DNA of 64,000 bases, from NCBI GenBank assembly GCA_021604505.1, contig BQJC01000004.1, positions 170,278 through 234,277 on the forward strand. The letters run 5' to 3'. The DNA comes from Nitrospinaceae bacterium. GTDB lineage: Bacteria; Nitrospinota; Nitrospinia; Nitrospinales; VA-1. A model generated the notes under the pieces. That model saw only the letters and a list, made by a program, of their open reading frames with translations. It made no database searches and was not told where the DNA came from. Each line of letters begins with the position of its first letter. The first letter of the stretch is position 1. This document shows, piece by piece, positions 18,209 through 31,170 of the stretch. The translations under genes were made by a program, and so were the position numbers.

Positions 18209-18616
18209 TTAGTGTTTTTCCGTGTGTTCCAGACGGGCGACGGCGCGGAACAGGTCGTCCTGTGCTTCTTTAAAGGCTTCGTCGGTGAGATCGGGCTGGC
18301 TGAGAATTTTCTCGGCCTTGGCTTTCGCCGTCTCGGCCCGTGTCCGGTCGACCTCGTCAAGAAACTCAGCCGTCTCCGCCAGGATAATAACGCGGTTGTC
18401 GGTGACTTCCAGATACCCGCCGCTCACGATGAGCTCCGTGGTTTCCTCGCCCTTTTCATAGGATAGAGGCCCTGGGCGCAGGTTGGTGATGATCGGCGCG
18501 TGGTCGTACAAAATACCCAGGTCGCCTTCCGAACCGGGAACGTTAACCTGGTCCACCATATCATTGACCACCAGCTTTTCCGGGGTCACGATACTCAATG
18601 TCAGTTGATCAGCCAT
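18209..18616 (-). CDS. atpC: F1 ATP synthase epsilon subunit
   Basis: 135 aa, LTLSIVTPEKLVV..., position directly after atpD. Confidence 0.9.
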   Translation of the reverse strand: MADQLTLSIVTPEKLVVNDMVDQVNVPGSEGDLGILYDHAPIITNLRPGPLSYEKGEETTELIVSGGYLEVTDNRVIILAETAEFLDEVDRTRAETAKAKAEKILSQPDLTDEAFKEAQDDLFRAVARLEHTEKH

Positions 18617-18617
18617 A

Positions 18618-20057
<1,440 letters not shown>

Positions 20058-20073
20058 CTAAAATTTCCTATCA

Positions 20074-20943
20074 TCAGGCCTTTAGCGCTTCGGCCCCGTT
20101 TACGATTTCGATTAATTCTTTGGTGATATAGGCCTGCCGGGCTTTATTGTATGTCAAGCTCAGTCCATTGATCATATCGCCGGCGTTACGCGAGGCGTTG
20201 TCCATTGCCGTCATTCGGGCTCCCTGCTCACTGGCGCTGGACTCCAGCAACGCACGATACACTTGCACGGTCATATAGCGTTGCAAAAGCGCATCCAGAA
20301 TAGATTCTTCATCTGGCTCATAAATATATTCCGGCACATGATCCGTTTCTTTCGCGGCCTCCAAAGGCTCAGAAACCACGGGCAGGAGCTGTTCCACAAC
20401 CACTTCCTGTTGTATGACCGACTTGAACTCATTGTATACCATGAAAATTTTATCGACCTTTTTGGCGATAAACATCTCCGCCAGCAAATCGCCGATCTCT
20501 TGGGCCTTGGCGTAATTAAAATCACGGGTCCAGTCGATGAACTCGTGAGCAATCGGAGTGGAACGGTGCCGAAAAAAGTCTTTTCCTTTTTTACCGGCCA
20601 GTACCAGGCTCAGGTTTTTATCATCGCTTTCCGCAATTAACTTCGCCGCCCGGCGAATGATATTGCCGTTGAACCCGCCACACAAGCCCTTATCCGCCGT
20701 CACCACCATGACCAGAACATTACCGCCGTCCCTTTGATCGAGAAGCGAATGCAGGTCGGGATTGCATCGTGCGGAGATATGGTTCAACACGTCTCTCAGT
20801 TTCAGCGCATAAGGACGGGCATCCTGAATGGCTTTCTGTGCCTTACGTAACTTCGATGCGGCAACCAGCTTCATGGCCTTGGTGATCTGCTGGGTGTTCT
20901 TGACGCTCTTGATTCTTCGTTTGATGTCTTTTAAGTTAGGCAT
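20074..20943 (-). CDS. atpG: F1 ATP synthase gamma subunit
   Basis: MPNLKDIKRRIKSVKNTQQITKAMKLVAASKLRKAQ N-terminus and ITKELIEIVNGAEAL C-terminus. Confidence 0.97.
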   Translation of the reverse strand: MPNLKDIKRRIKSVKNTQQITKAMKLVAASKLRKAQKAIQDARPYALKLRDVLNHISARCNPDLHSLLDQRDGGNVLVMVVTADKGLCGGFNGNIIRRAAKLIAESDDKNLSLVLAGKKGKDFFRHRSTPIAHEFIDWTRDFNYAKAQEIGDLLAEMFIAKKVDKIFMVYNEFKSVIQQEVVVEQLLPVVSEPLEAAKETDHVPEYIYEPDEESILDALLQRYMTVQVYRALLESSASEQGARMTAMDNASRNAGDMINGLSLTYNKARQAYITKELIEIVNGAEALKA

Positions 20944-20952
20944 GGCTTGGGT

Positions 20953-22455
<1,503 letters not shown>

Positions 22456-23007
22456 TTAGGCTACCTCCTCTTTTTCCAATTTTTGTTTTAATATCGCCAG
22501 ACGATTTTTAATGGTCGCATCGGCAACCTGATCTCCGATTTTCAGCTGAACGCCGCCGATCAAAGATTCGTTCACATGGGTATCGATCAAAACCGTCTTG
22601 CCAAAATTATTGCTCAAAGCCGACCGCAACCGTTCGACATTATCACTGGTCAATTTATCCGCCGAACGAACAGACACTCTGATCTGGTTCAACCTGCGAT
22701 CGACGATTTTTTCAAAATATTCAGATATGTTTTTGAGAAAGAGGACCTTGTTCCTCTCCGACAATATCAACATCAAATTGCGCACGCCCTGCTCCACCTT
22801 CAGGCGGTCGCACAATTCCCCGATCAGATTATTTTTCTTCTCCAGGGGAATGGCGGGATTCGCAAAAAATCCGGACAATTTGCTCTGCCCTTCAAACGCG
22901 CTCTGAATCGCCTGCAGATGATCCAGAACTGAACTCAACAGGGAATCGTCCTTGACACTGTCTGACAACGCTTCCGCGTATCGTTTGCCAATCAGGTTTT
23001 CAATCAT
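22456..23007 (-). CDS. atpH: F1 ATP synthase delta (OSCP) subunit
   Basis: 183 aa, RYAEALSD N-terminus and LIGGVQLKIGDQVADATIKNRL C-terminus. Abuts atpA. Confidence 0.9.
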   Translation of the reverse strand: MIENLIGKRYAEALSDSVKDDSLLSSVLDHLQAIQSAFEGQSKLSGFFANPAIPLEKKNNLIGELCDRLKVEQGVRNLMLILSERNKVLFLKNISEYFEKIVDRRLNQIRVSVRSADKLTSDNVERLRSALSNNFGKTVLIDTHVNESLIGGVQLKIGDQVADATIKNRLAILKQKLEKEEVA

Positions 23008-23051
23008 TAGTTACCGTTTCTTGAGTCGCAGAATACGAGTTCTAGATACCA

Positions 23052-23573
23052 TCAATTCATTCGCCCTTGCTGCATTTCTTTAATCACTTCTTCAATGGAT
23101 TCTTCAGCGAGTTTTTTCTTATCCGATGCATCCAAAGTCTTTTTCAGGAATTTTTCAGTCGATGCGATCGTCAGAGCGGCGGTGTAACTGCGGATTTCCC
23201 CGAGAAGTTTATTGCGCGAAGTTTCAATTTCCCGTTCCATATCCGTTTGCATCTGTCTCACTTTGGCCTGGGTCTCTTCAAGCGTTTTTTCCTGAATTTT
23301 CTTGGCCTCCGCGGTTGCCATCTGCACAATGGTGGCGGCTTTTTCATGGGCGCTTTTGAGTTCACCCTGCAATTCTTCCTTGATAGCGACCGCATCCTGT
23401 TTCAATTGCTCAGCGCCTTCAATATCCGTGCGGATCTTTTTTTCACGCTCTTCGAGGGCTGCCAGGATTGGCGGGAAGGCATATTTTTTGAGCAATAAAA
23501 ATAAAAGCCCAAAAGAAAGCAGCGACCAAAAAATAAGTGAACCAAAAACCTCGACTTGCTCAAACTGTGGCAT
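23052..23573 (-). CDS. atpF: Fo ATP synthase subunit b
   Basis: A single N-terminal TM helix followed by a long charged helix. Operon position between c and delta. Confidence 0.88.
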   Translation of the reverse strand: MPQFEQVEVFGSLIFWSLLSFGLLFLLLKKYAFPPILAALEEREKKIRTDIEGAEQLKQDAVAIKEELQGELKSAHEKAATIVQMATAEAKKIQEKTLEETQAKVRQMQTDMEREIETSRNKLLGEIRSYTAALTIASTEKFLKKTLDASDKKKLAEESIEEVIKEMQQGRMN

Positions 23574-23660
23574 CGTATCCCTTTCAACCTTAAAAGGAAG
23601 TGTTAGAACGAGGAAAGGGCTCCGTCAAACAGACGCCCCACCCTTGGAAATAAACCTGAT

Positions 23661-23888
23661 CTAGGGCATGATGATAAATGCAATGACCAGAGCGTAAAGC
23701 GCAATCGCTTCAACCAGAGCAAACCCGATCCAGCAGTACTTGGCCACACGCGCCTCGGCGTTTGGTTGACGTCCTACGGTTTCAATGGTTTTGGCAAAAA
23801 TATAGGCAATTCCCAAAGCGGCGCCGAAAAACCCCGCCGCACACAACCCCATGCCAACAAATGCTGCTGCTTCTGCACCCATGCTCAA
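23661..23888 (-). CDS. atpE: Fo ATP synthase subunit c
   Basis: 75-aa hairpin proteolipid with GRQP loop and carboxylate in FALVEAIALY. Confidence 0.95.
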   Translation of the reverse strand: MSMGAEAAAFVGMGLCAAGFFGAALGIAYIFAKTIETVGRQPNAEARVAKYCWIGFALVEAIALYALVIAFIIMP

Positions 23889-23907
23889 TCTCCTTTTTTC
23901 ACAATAA

Positions 23908-24639
23908 TTAATGTAAATTGATTACGTCGCCAATATAAACACACGTCAAAGTCGTAAAGATATAGGCTTGGATAAAGGCAATCGCGATTTCCAATCCGTT
24001 AATGATTACCGTAAATCCGAAAGGCATCCATCCGATCCAGATCGATGCGCTCATCGCCAACCCGAAAAGAACCGCCAGAACCGTATGCCCCGCTGTCATG
24101 TTTGCAAACAAACGCACGGAAAGTGACAACGGACGGGCCAGCATACTGATGACTTCGATGGGAATCATGACGGGAATCATGATTTTAGGAATTCCAGGCG
24201 GAACCAGAATAGTGAGGAAGTGCATCCCGTGTCTGGAAAAACCGATCACCAAGGTCATCAGGAAAATACCCAGCGCAAACGCCCCGGTGACCGCCAATTG
24301 ACTGGTAATGGTATAGGACCCTGGAACCAGCCCGATCAAGTTGCAAGTCAGAATGAAAATAAACACCGTCGCCACAAACGAGAAATACTTTTTTCCCTCT
24401 TTCTTGCCGATGAATTCGTCCACCATGCCTCGAATAAATTCCATCGCGATTTCTAAAACACTTTGCATTTTTCCTGGAATCGCTTTGGTTCCCTTATTGA
24501 CAACCAACATGAACAGCGCAAAAACAATGACCAATCCCACCCACATGGCGATGACCGCCTTATTGATGGAAATATCCACTCCCATCACACTCAGAGGAAT
24601 GATGGGATGCAATTCAAAATGATGTAAAGGGCTATCCAT
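23908..24639 (-). CDS. atpB: Fo ATP synthase subunit a
   Basis: Multi-TM protein with the essential Arg region LSLSVRLFANMTAGH. Confidence 0.95.
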   Translation of the reverse strand: MDSPLHHFELHPIIPLSVMGVDISINKAVIAMWVGLVIVFALFMLVVNKGTKAIPGKMQSVLEIAMEFIRGMVDEFIGKKEGKKYFSFVATVFIFILTCNLIGLVPGSYTITSQLAVTGAFALGIFLMTLVIGFSRHGMHFLTILVPPGIPKIMIPVMIPIEVISMLARPLSLSVRLFANMTAGHTVLAVLFGLAMSASIWIGWMPFGFTVIINGLEIAIAFIQAYIFTTLTCVYIGDVINLH

Positions 24640-24666
24640 AGTTCTTTCTGATCGTCCTTATCTTTT

Positions 24667-24924
24667 TTAGTCGTTATTTTTTTCCTGATCGCTTTTTTCG
24701 ATCTTATCAATCTCTTGGGTCATGTGCTGAGCGGCCCGGTAAACGTTGAGCATACCCGCAGCTCCGCCCAGAATCACCCCGACCGCAATCCCCCAGGGTT
24801 TCGTTTCGAAATAATAGTCCACCCCGTACCCCATGATTGCGCCTAAACCTGTTGCAACCGTCATTTCCGTCCCTAACCTGAATGCAATGCCCAAGCCCTG
24901 ACGGAAGTCGTTGCTTTTGTTCAT
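24667..24924 (-). CDS. atpZ: AtpZ/AtpI-type small membrane protein of the ATP synthase operon
   Basis: 85 aa with two TM helices (GLGAIMGYGVDYYF, WGIAVGVILGGAAGMLNVY). First gene of the operon. Confidence 0.7.
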   Translation of the reverse strand: MNKSNDFRQGLGIAFRLGTEMTVATGLGAIMGYGVDYYFETKPWGIAVGVILGGAAGMLNVYRAAQHMTQEIDKIEKSDQEKNND

Positions 24925-25108
24925 TAAATTTTTTTTGGGGAAACGACTTAAAAGGAAAAAGCGAGGCTATAGTACAACAAACTGTTTTATTTGTCCAAAA
25001 AAGTTTTGCATAATTTAATTGTTATTAGAAGTCAATCGGGTTGATCATCAAAGGCGAGGTTATTTGATAGCCTGAACGGGAAAACGGGTCATCAAAAATC
25101 CCATCAGT

Positions 25109-25435
25109 CTAGTAAGGAAGCTTTCCGTATTCTTCCTCGTATTGCTCCAGAGGAACCATTTCGATGGCATCCCACGGGCATCCCTCTAAAAATGTGTCCA
25201 TGGGACCTTTGGAAATACATTTTTTACAGCCAATGCACAACAGCGGATCCACCTCGACGCGATTAAAAATAGGGGCATCCGGATTCTCGACCTCGTACAT
25301 GCAATTGTCAACCGGGCACTCGGTAATACAGATTGGCGATCCACTGCAACCGGTGCAGGCATCGTTAATGATCGCCAGTATTTTGGGTTTGCGTTTTCTT
25401 TGTACGTTCCTTTTTGCTTTTTCTGTAACGGCCAT
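25109..25435 (-). CDS. 2x[4Fe-4S] ferredoxin-like protein
   Basis: CTGCSGSPICITECP and CIGCKKC...GCP cluster motifs. ATG at 25435 (MAVTEKAK) chosen; the ORF is open back to 25501. Confidence 0.75.
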   Translation of the reverse strand: MAVTEKAKRNVQRKRKPKILAIINDACTGCSGSPICITECPVDNCMYEVENPDAPIFNRVEVDPLLCIGCKKCISKGPMDTFLEGCPWDAIEMVPLEQYEEEYGKLPY

Positions 25436-25853
25436 GAGATATCCAAACGTTTGAAAATTGATGTATTTGTAAGGAGAAACACGTCCCTTATATAGTAACA
25501 AAACGAGTCAGATTATTACCAGATTATTTATCCATTTTCAATACAAACCATCAAATCACGTGAATTTCCAGCCTTTTTTCAATAACAATCCCATCCCAAC
25601 AAAATCACTCCCCCATCTGCAGGGCAGAAATCCCCCGGCACCGCCGCAAAGGTTTTTCATTTACACCACTTAGCGGCTGTATTAAGATAAACCGATATTG
25701 GACTCGATATCCTCCTTGAAAAAGAGCTATCGCGTCAAAGACCAGGAGAAGGCGTTCAACCCTTTGATTTTATATGGAAAAATTATCAACCTTAGAAATC
25801 CCCGTTCTCATCCCGAAAAAGACAAAGGAAGAGATGGAAACCTATATAGAAAA

Positions 25854-26873
25854 ATGTCATTCCAGCGGATTCTCGGGCAGGACCAGCCCAAACGAATCAT
25901 CCAAAACGCCCTTCAGGGCAACAGTGTAGCGCACGCTTATCTGTTCTATGGCCAGGAAAGCATAGGTAAGAAGCTCACCGCGATCGAACTTGCCAAGGCA
26001 TTGAATTGTGAGGTTTCGGGGCCAGAGGGTGGCTGCGACGATTGCCCCTCCTGCCGGAAAATAGACCAGCGAATCCACCCCGATTTTTTCCTTCTCGAGC
26101 CGGAAAAAAGCTCGCCGTCGGGAAGAGAAGCTGTCATCAAGGTGGAAGAGGTCCGCGAACTGCAAAAAAAACTGTCTTACTTACCCTACGAGGGGAAAAC
26201 CAAGGTGGCCATCATCGACGGAACCGAGTCGATGAACCCGCAGTCCGCCAATACCTTTTTAAAAACGCTGGAAGAACCGCCATCGGCAACGGTCCTCATT
26301 CTGATCACCCAGAACCCTTATCGACTGCTTCCCACTATCGTTTCTCGTTGTCAGGGGGTCAAATTTCATCCCCTCACCTCGGAGAACGTCAAACAAATTC
26401 TAAAACAATCTCCCGAGCTGGAAACCGGGGATTTAGGCGAAGAAGAACTGGCGCTGAGGGCCTTGCGCTCAAAAGGGGGAGTGCGCAAAGCTTTGGAAGA
26501 AGATATGGAAGCCACCCAGAATTATCGGGAAGAAGTTTTAACTTTGATAGAAAAGGTTTCTTTTGACCAGATGCACGTGGTGTTCAAGTGGACCCGGCAA
26601 TGGGCCAAACAGCCCGCCCAGATCCAGTCGTTGTTGGATGAAATGCTCAATCTTCTGCGCGATCTTGCTGTCATTAAAAGCCGGGGATCCAATACCGGGG
26701 TTCTCAATCAAGACATTTTGGACCGCTTACAGCCTCTGGCGGCGCAAAAATCGGTGCAGGCGCTTGTGGCCATGTTTGATTCGGTGCTCAGAACAAAATC
26801 CGCACTGACCGGCAACGCCAACCTTCAGCTTTCGCTGGACCATATGCTGATTGAATTTTGCGAAGCGGCATGA
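25854..26873 (+). CDS. holB: DNA polymerase III delta-prime subunit
   Basis: ILGQDQPKRIIQNALQGNSVAHAYLFYGQESIGK, zinc module CDDCPSCRKI, SRCQGVKFHPL. ATG at 25854 chosen over the upstream in-frame start at 25698. Confidence 0.9.
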   Translation: MSFQRILGQDQPKRIIQNALQGNSVAHAYLFYGQESIGKKLTAIELAKALNCEVSGPEGGCDDCPSCRKIDQRIHPDFFLLEPEKSSPSGREAVIKVEEVRELQKKLSYLPYEGKTKVAIIDGTESMNPQSANTFLKTLEEPPSATVLILITQNPYRLLPTIVSRCQGVKFHPLTSENVKQILKQSPELETGDLGEEELALRALRSKGGVRKALEEDMEATQNYREEVLTLIEKVSFDQMHVVFKWTRQWAKQPAQIQSLLDEMLNLLRDLAVIKSRGSNTGVLNQDILDRLQPLAAQKSVQALVAMFDSVLRTKSALTGNANLQLSLDHMLIEFCEAA

Positions 26874-26897
26874 AACTTTTATAGAGAAACAGAAATC

Positions 26898-27767
26898 ATG
26901 AACCTGGTAACCCAAGAATCTCCAGCTTCGACCCAGGAAAAAGCCGGGCCGCGGTTCCTCATCGGAATCCGCGTTCGGGACAAGGGAAAATCCGAACTGT
27001 ATGACCCGGGAACCCTGCAGCTTCGGGTGGGAATGACGACCATCGTCGAATCCGGTAAAGGTCAGGAGATCGGGGTGGTCGCTTCAAATAAGATTGTCAA
27101 CTTCCGTAAGGAAGAATCGCAATCTTTCAAACGAGTTCTAAGAATTGCCAACGAAAACGACCTGCAAGCGGAAGAAAGACGCGAGGCTCTGGAAAAACGG
27201 GCGAAAACCCTCTGCCTGCAAAAGATTGACGAACTGAACCTGCCGATGAATTTGAGCCGGGTGGCCCACATTCCATCTGCCAATAAAACCATGTTCTTTT
27301 TCACCGCCGAGGGCCGTGTCGATTTTCGCCAGTTGATCAAGGAGCTGGCCGCGAATCTGCGTCACCGGATCGAAATGAAACAAGTGGGCGTCCGGGATGA
27401 AGCCCGTTCGATCAGCGGCTACGGCATCTGCGGGGAGTCCCTGTGCTGTTCAACTTTTTTGGAAGAATTCAGTCCGGTGACCATTCGCATGGCCAAGGAC
27501 CAGGGGCTTGCCCTCAACCCCAGCAAAATTTCCGGAGTGTGCGGACGCCTCATGTGCTGTCTGCAGTACGAACACCAAACCTACAAAGAATTGATCCGCA
27601 ACCTCCCGAAACCGGGAACGCGGTTAAACACACCCGACGGGCCGGGCAAGGTGATCAAAAACGAAATCCTTGAACAAAATGTCGTGGTCCGCCTGGATGA
27701 TGAAAGTATAATGACCTACAGTTGGAGTGAATTAAAGGAAACCTCTCAAGAAAAATCGCCCCAATAG
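26898..27767 (+). CDS. PSP1 domain protein (YaaT/RicT-like)
   Basis: GYGICGESLCCSTFLEEFSPVTIRMAKDQGLALNPSKISGVCGRLMCCLQYE is the PSP1 C-terminal signature. Position after holB is conserved in many bacteria. Confidence 0.88.
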   Translation: MNLVTQESPASTQEKAGPRFLIGIRVRDKGKSELYDPGTLQLRVGMTTIVESGKGQEIGVVASNKIVNFRKEESQSFKRVLRIANENDLQAEERREALEKRAKTLCLQKIDELNLPMNLSRVAHIPSANKTMFFFTAEGRVDFRQLIKELAANLRHRIEMKQVGVRDEARSISGYGICGESLCCSTFLEEFSPVTIRMAKDQGLALNPSKISGVCGRLMCCLQYEHQTYKELIRNLPKPGTRLNTPDGPGKVIKNEILEQNVVVRLDDESIMTYSWSELKETSQEKSPQ

Positions 27768-27802
27768 ACCTGCAAATCAATCCTGAAACCCGAATCCTGT
27801 AA

Positions 27803-29761
27803 ATGCGTAAAAACGGAAAAAAGTTCTACGTCACCACGCCTATCTATTATGTAAACGATGTGCCGCATATCGGACACGCTTACACCACCATCGCCGCCGA
27901 CGTGGTTGCACGCTACAAAAAAATGGAAGGCTATGAGGCATTTTTCCTCACCGGAACCGACGAACATGGGCAAAAAGTCCATCAGGCTGCGAAAGACCTG
28001 GGGGTGGACGCCCAGGAACATGTCGACAAGCTCAATGGCCGGTTCAAGGAGCTTTGGGTGCGTCTCAATATCTGTAACAACGACTTTATCCGCACGACGG
28101 AAGAACGGCACAAATTGGTTGTACGCGGTATCCTCCAGGAACTTTTCGACAAAGGCGAAATCTACAAGGCCAGTTATGAAGGCTGGTATTGCACGCCGGA
28201 TGAACGGTTCTGGACGGAAAAGGATCTGGTCAACGGCAATTGCCCGGAATGCGGTCGCAAGGTCGAGAAGATCACTGAGAGCAATTATTTCTTCAAGATG
28301 GGCCAGTACCAGGAATGGCTGGTCGAACACATCAAGGACAATGAAAAATTCATTCAACCCGCTTCCCGAAAAAACGAAGTGCTGGGATTTTTGGGCAAGC
28401 CGTTGGAGGACCTTTGCATTTCCAGGCCCGTGGACCGCATGCCCTGGGGCATCCCCCTGCCCTTCGACGACAAGTACGTCACCTACGTCTGGTTCGACGC
28501 CTTGATCAATTACATTTCCACCTTCGGGACGGTGGAACAAATTAAAGCCTGCGGATACTGGCCCGCCGATCATCATCTGGTTGGGAAAGACATTCTGACC
28601 ACCCACGCGGTATACTGGTCCACAATGCTGAAATCCATCGGGCTTCCTATTCCTAAAAATATCTACGCCCACGGCTGGTGGACGGTGAACGGGCAAAAAA
28701 TGTCCAAATCCCTGCATAACGTCGTGGAACCGAATTTGTTGATCGACCAGTTCGGAGTCGATGTCATCCGCTATTTCCTGATGCGCGAAGTGTCCTTTGG
28801 AATGGACGGAGATTTTTCCCACAAGGCGCTGATCGGACGGCTGAACAGCGATCTGGCCAACAACCTGGGCAATCTTCTGAACCGCACGACCAACATGATC
28901 GGAAAATATTTTGAGGGGACGATCCCCCAACCGGCCACAGATGGAGAGGAAGACGAAACACTGAAAAGCAAGGCCGCGAAAGTGGTTTCTGAAGTCCGCA
29001 AGCTCTACGACGATCTGGCCTATCACAAAATTCTCACGACGATCTGGGAGCTGGTCGACGCCAGCAATCAGTACATCGTAAAAACCGGCCCCTGGAATCT
29101 GGCGAAGAGCGAGGAAGGAAAGGAGCGTCTTAAAACCGTCATGCACCATTCCGCAGAAGCCCTTAGAACCATCGCCATCCTGATTTATCCCTTCATGCCT
29201 GAAAGCGCTGAATCCATGCTCAGGCAGTTGGGTGTGGAAACATCCGCTGAGGAACAAGGAATGGAATCGATCAGTCAATGGGGCGGGCTGAAACCCGGAA
29301 GCCGGATTAAGCCCGGTGAACAACTGTTCCCGCGAATGGAGGAAAAACAGGCCAATAAAATTTTGGAAAGCGTGACCTTGGGCGCCGAAACGGAGAAAAA
29401 ATCTTCCCCTGACAAATCGAAAGACGACGGACTGGCAGAGCAGGTGACGATCGACGATTTCATGAAGATCGATCTTCGCACCGGAAAAATTCTGGAAGCG
29501 GAAAAAGTCAAAAAATCCAAAAAACTGATCCAACTGAAAGTGGATATCGGCACGGAAACCCGTCAGGTCCTGGCCGGCATCGCCGAAGGCTACGAGCCCG
29601 ACCAGTTGGTCGGCAGGACTGTTGTTCTTGTGGCCAACCTCAAACCGGCGAAACTGATGGGAATAGAGTCCCAGGGAATGATCCTGGCTGGGTCCGCCGA
29701 TGGGAAACTCGTGCTGGCGGGGTTTGATCAGGAACTACCTCAAGGAGTGCGTGTAAGATGA
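27803..29761 (+). CDS. metG: methionine--tRNA ligase with C-terminal tRNA-binding domain
   Basis: HIGH-type PHIGHAYT, KMSKS, a Zn knuckle CPECGRKV, and a C-terminal EMAP/Trbp111-like domain (IDDFMKIDLRTGKILEAEKV). Confidence 0.97.
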   Translation: MRKNGKKFYVTTPIYYVNDVPHIGHAYTTIAADVVARYKKMEGYEAFFLTGTDEHGQKVHQAAKDLGVDAQEHVDKLNGRFKELWVRLNICNNDFIRTTEERHKLVVRGILQELFDKGEIYKASYEGWYCTPDERFWTEKDLVNGNCPECGRKVEKITESNYFFKMGQYQEWLVEHIKDNEKFIQPASRKNEVLGFLGKPLEDLCISRPVDRMPWGIPLPFDDKYVTYVWFDALINYISTFGTVEQIKACGYWPADHHLVGKDILTTHAVYWSTMLKSIGLPIPKNIYAHGWWTVNGQKMSKSLHNVVEPNLLIDQFGVDVIRYFLMREVSFGMDGDFSHKALIGRLNSDLANNLGNLLNRTTNMIGKYFEGTIPQPATDGEEDETLKSKAAKVVSEVRKLYDDLAYHKILTTIWELVDASNQYIVKTGPWNLAKSEEGKERLKTVMHHSAEALRTIAILIYPFMPESAESMLRQLGVETSAEEQGMESISQWGGLKPGSRIKPGEQLFPRMEEKQANKILESVTLGAETEKKSSPDKSKDDGLAEQVTIDDFMKIDLRTGKILEAEKVKKSKKLIQLKVDIGTETRQVLAGIAEGYEPDQLVGRTVVLVANLKPAKLMGIESQGMILAGSADGKLVLAGFDQELPQGVRVR

Positions 29762-31149
29762 TCATCGACACCCATGCCCATCTCGACATGGACCAATACG
29801 ACACCGACCGCGAAGAAGTCATTGAGCGGGCCCGGGCCAGCGGGGTGGACTATATTCTCAATATCGGCTGTGACGTGGAAAGCAGTGCCCGCTCTTTGGA
29901 GCTGGCGGAACAATACGATTTCATTTACGGCACCGCCGGCGTGCACCCGCACGACGTCAAATCGATCGACGCCAGCACCTACGCGGATTTAAAGCATCTG
30001 CTCGCCCATCCCAAGATGGTCGCGGTGGGGGAAATTGGCCTCGACTATTTCAAGAACTATTCGCCTCAGGACCTGCAACGCACGCACCTCAAAAAACAAC
30101 TGGAACTGGCCAAAGAACTCGATAAACCCATCATCGTTCATTGCCGGGACGCCAATGAAGACATGATCTCTATTTTGTCCGAGTTTTACGCGGTTAACGA
30201 GAAAGCCCGCTCCGGCATCTTCCATTGCTTTTCAGGAGATCAAAAGCTGGCGGACAAAGCCCTGGAGATGGGGTTTTATATTTCTTTTTCCGGCTCGGTG
30301 ACCTTTAAAAAATCCGAGGAACTTCGGGCGGTGGCGAAAACCATTCCCGCCGACCGCCTGTTCGTCGAGACCGACTGCCCTTATCTGGCCCCCGTACCCA
30401 AGCGCGGGAAAAGAAACGAACCGGCCTTCGTCCACCACACCGCGGAATTGATCGCCGAGGTGCGCGGGCTGAGAGTAAAAGATGTGCAACGAACCTCGGA
30501 ACTGAATTTCTTTGAACTGTTCGGCATCGGTAAAATGGCTCCTACCGGAACGGTCTCTTACCAGATCCGCAACTCGCTCTATCTCAACCTGACGACGCGA
30601 TGCACCGACGATTGCGTGTTCTGCACCCGCCTCACCCGTCCGGTGGTGCAGGGCTACAATCTCAAGCTCGACCGCGAGCCGACGGCTCAGGAGGTCTGGG
30701 AGTCGATCGATGATCCGACAAAATACGACGAGGTGGTGTTCTGCGGCTACGGGGAACCGACGCTGAGACTTGATGCCATCAAAGAAGTAGCGAAAAAAAT
30801 AAAAGACGCCGGCGGACGCGTCCGCTTAAACACCAACGGACACGGCAACGTCATCAATAAAAGAAACATCCTCCCCGAACTTCAGGGTCTGATCGATGAA
30901 GTTTCGGTGAGCCTGAACACCGACAGCTCGGAAGCCTACGATGAAATCTGCCGCCCCCTGCCGGCGTTTCGTAACGGAATCTACGACAAGATCAAGGAAT
31001 TCATCGCCGAAGCTAAACAATATATTCCCAAAGTGCAGGCCACCATCGTCACTCAGCAGAAAGACGTGGATGAATCCGCCTGCGAGGAGATCGTCAAAAA
31101 AGAGTTTGGAGTCGATTACCGGGCCCGGCGCTACAACATGGTAGGCTAA
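29758..31149 (+). CDS. TatD-family metal-dependent hydrolase fused to a TatD-associated radical SAM domain
   Basis: N-terminal IIDTHAHLD...GEIGLDY...HCRDA...ETDCPYLAP is TatD. C-terminal half carries CTDDCVFC (nt 30601-30624) plus GYGEPTL. The ATG overlaps the metG stop (ATGA). Confidence 0.85.
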   Translation: MIIDTHAHLDMDQYDTDREEVIERARASGVDYILNIGCDVESSARSLELAEQYDFIYGTAGVHPHDVKSIDASTYADLKHLLAHPKMVAVGEIGLDYFKNYSPQDLQRTHLKKQLELAKELDKPIIVHCRDANEDMISILSEFYAVNEKARSGIFHCFSGDQKLADKALEMGFYISFSGSVTFKKSEELRAVAKTIPADRLFVETDCPYLAPVPKRGKRNEPAFVHHTAELIAEVRGLRVKDVQRTSELNFFELFGIGKMAPTGTVSYQIRNSLYLNLTTRCTDDCVFCTRLTRPVVQGYNLKLDREPTAQEVWESIDDPTKYDEVVFCGYGEPTLRLDAIKEVAKKIKDAGGRVRLNTNGHGNVINKRNILPELQGLIDEVSVSLNTDSSEAYDEICRPLPAFRNGIYDKIKEFIAEAKQYIPKVQATIVTQQKDVDESACEEIVKKEFGVDYRARRYNMVG

Positions 31150-31170
31150 AAAAATACACGGAGAAAATCT

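Noticed and set aside
23661-23888. Possibility that the ATP synthase is Na+-translocating
   Set aside because: The c-subunit ion site reads ALVEAIALY, with no Ser/Thr after the Glu and no Gln in helix 1 at the expected position. This is consistent with an ordinary H+ enzyme.
25502-25853. 350-nt apparently non-coding region upstream of holB, including the 52-codon in-frame extension from 25698
   Set aside because: I recognise no RNA family or repeat. The extension has no similarity to HolB N-termini. It is most simply a divergent promoter region for the ferredoxin gene and holB.
27746-29533. 595-aa ORF antisense to metG
   Set aside because: It is entirely contained within and opposite to a strongly supported metG gene. 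The translation is low-complexity (Phe/Gly/Val/Asp-rich) with no motif. This is a typical shadow ORF created by codon bias on the opposite strand.
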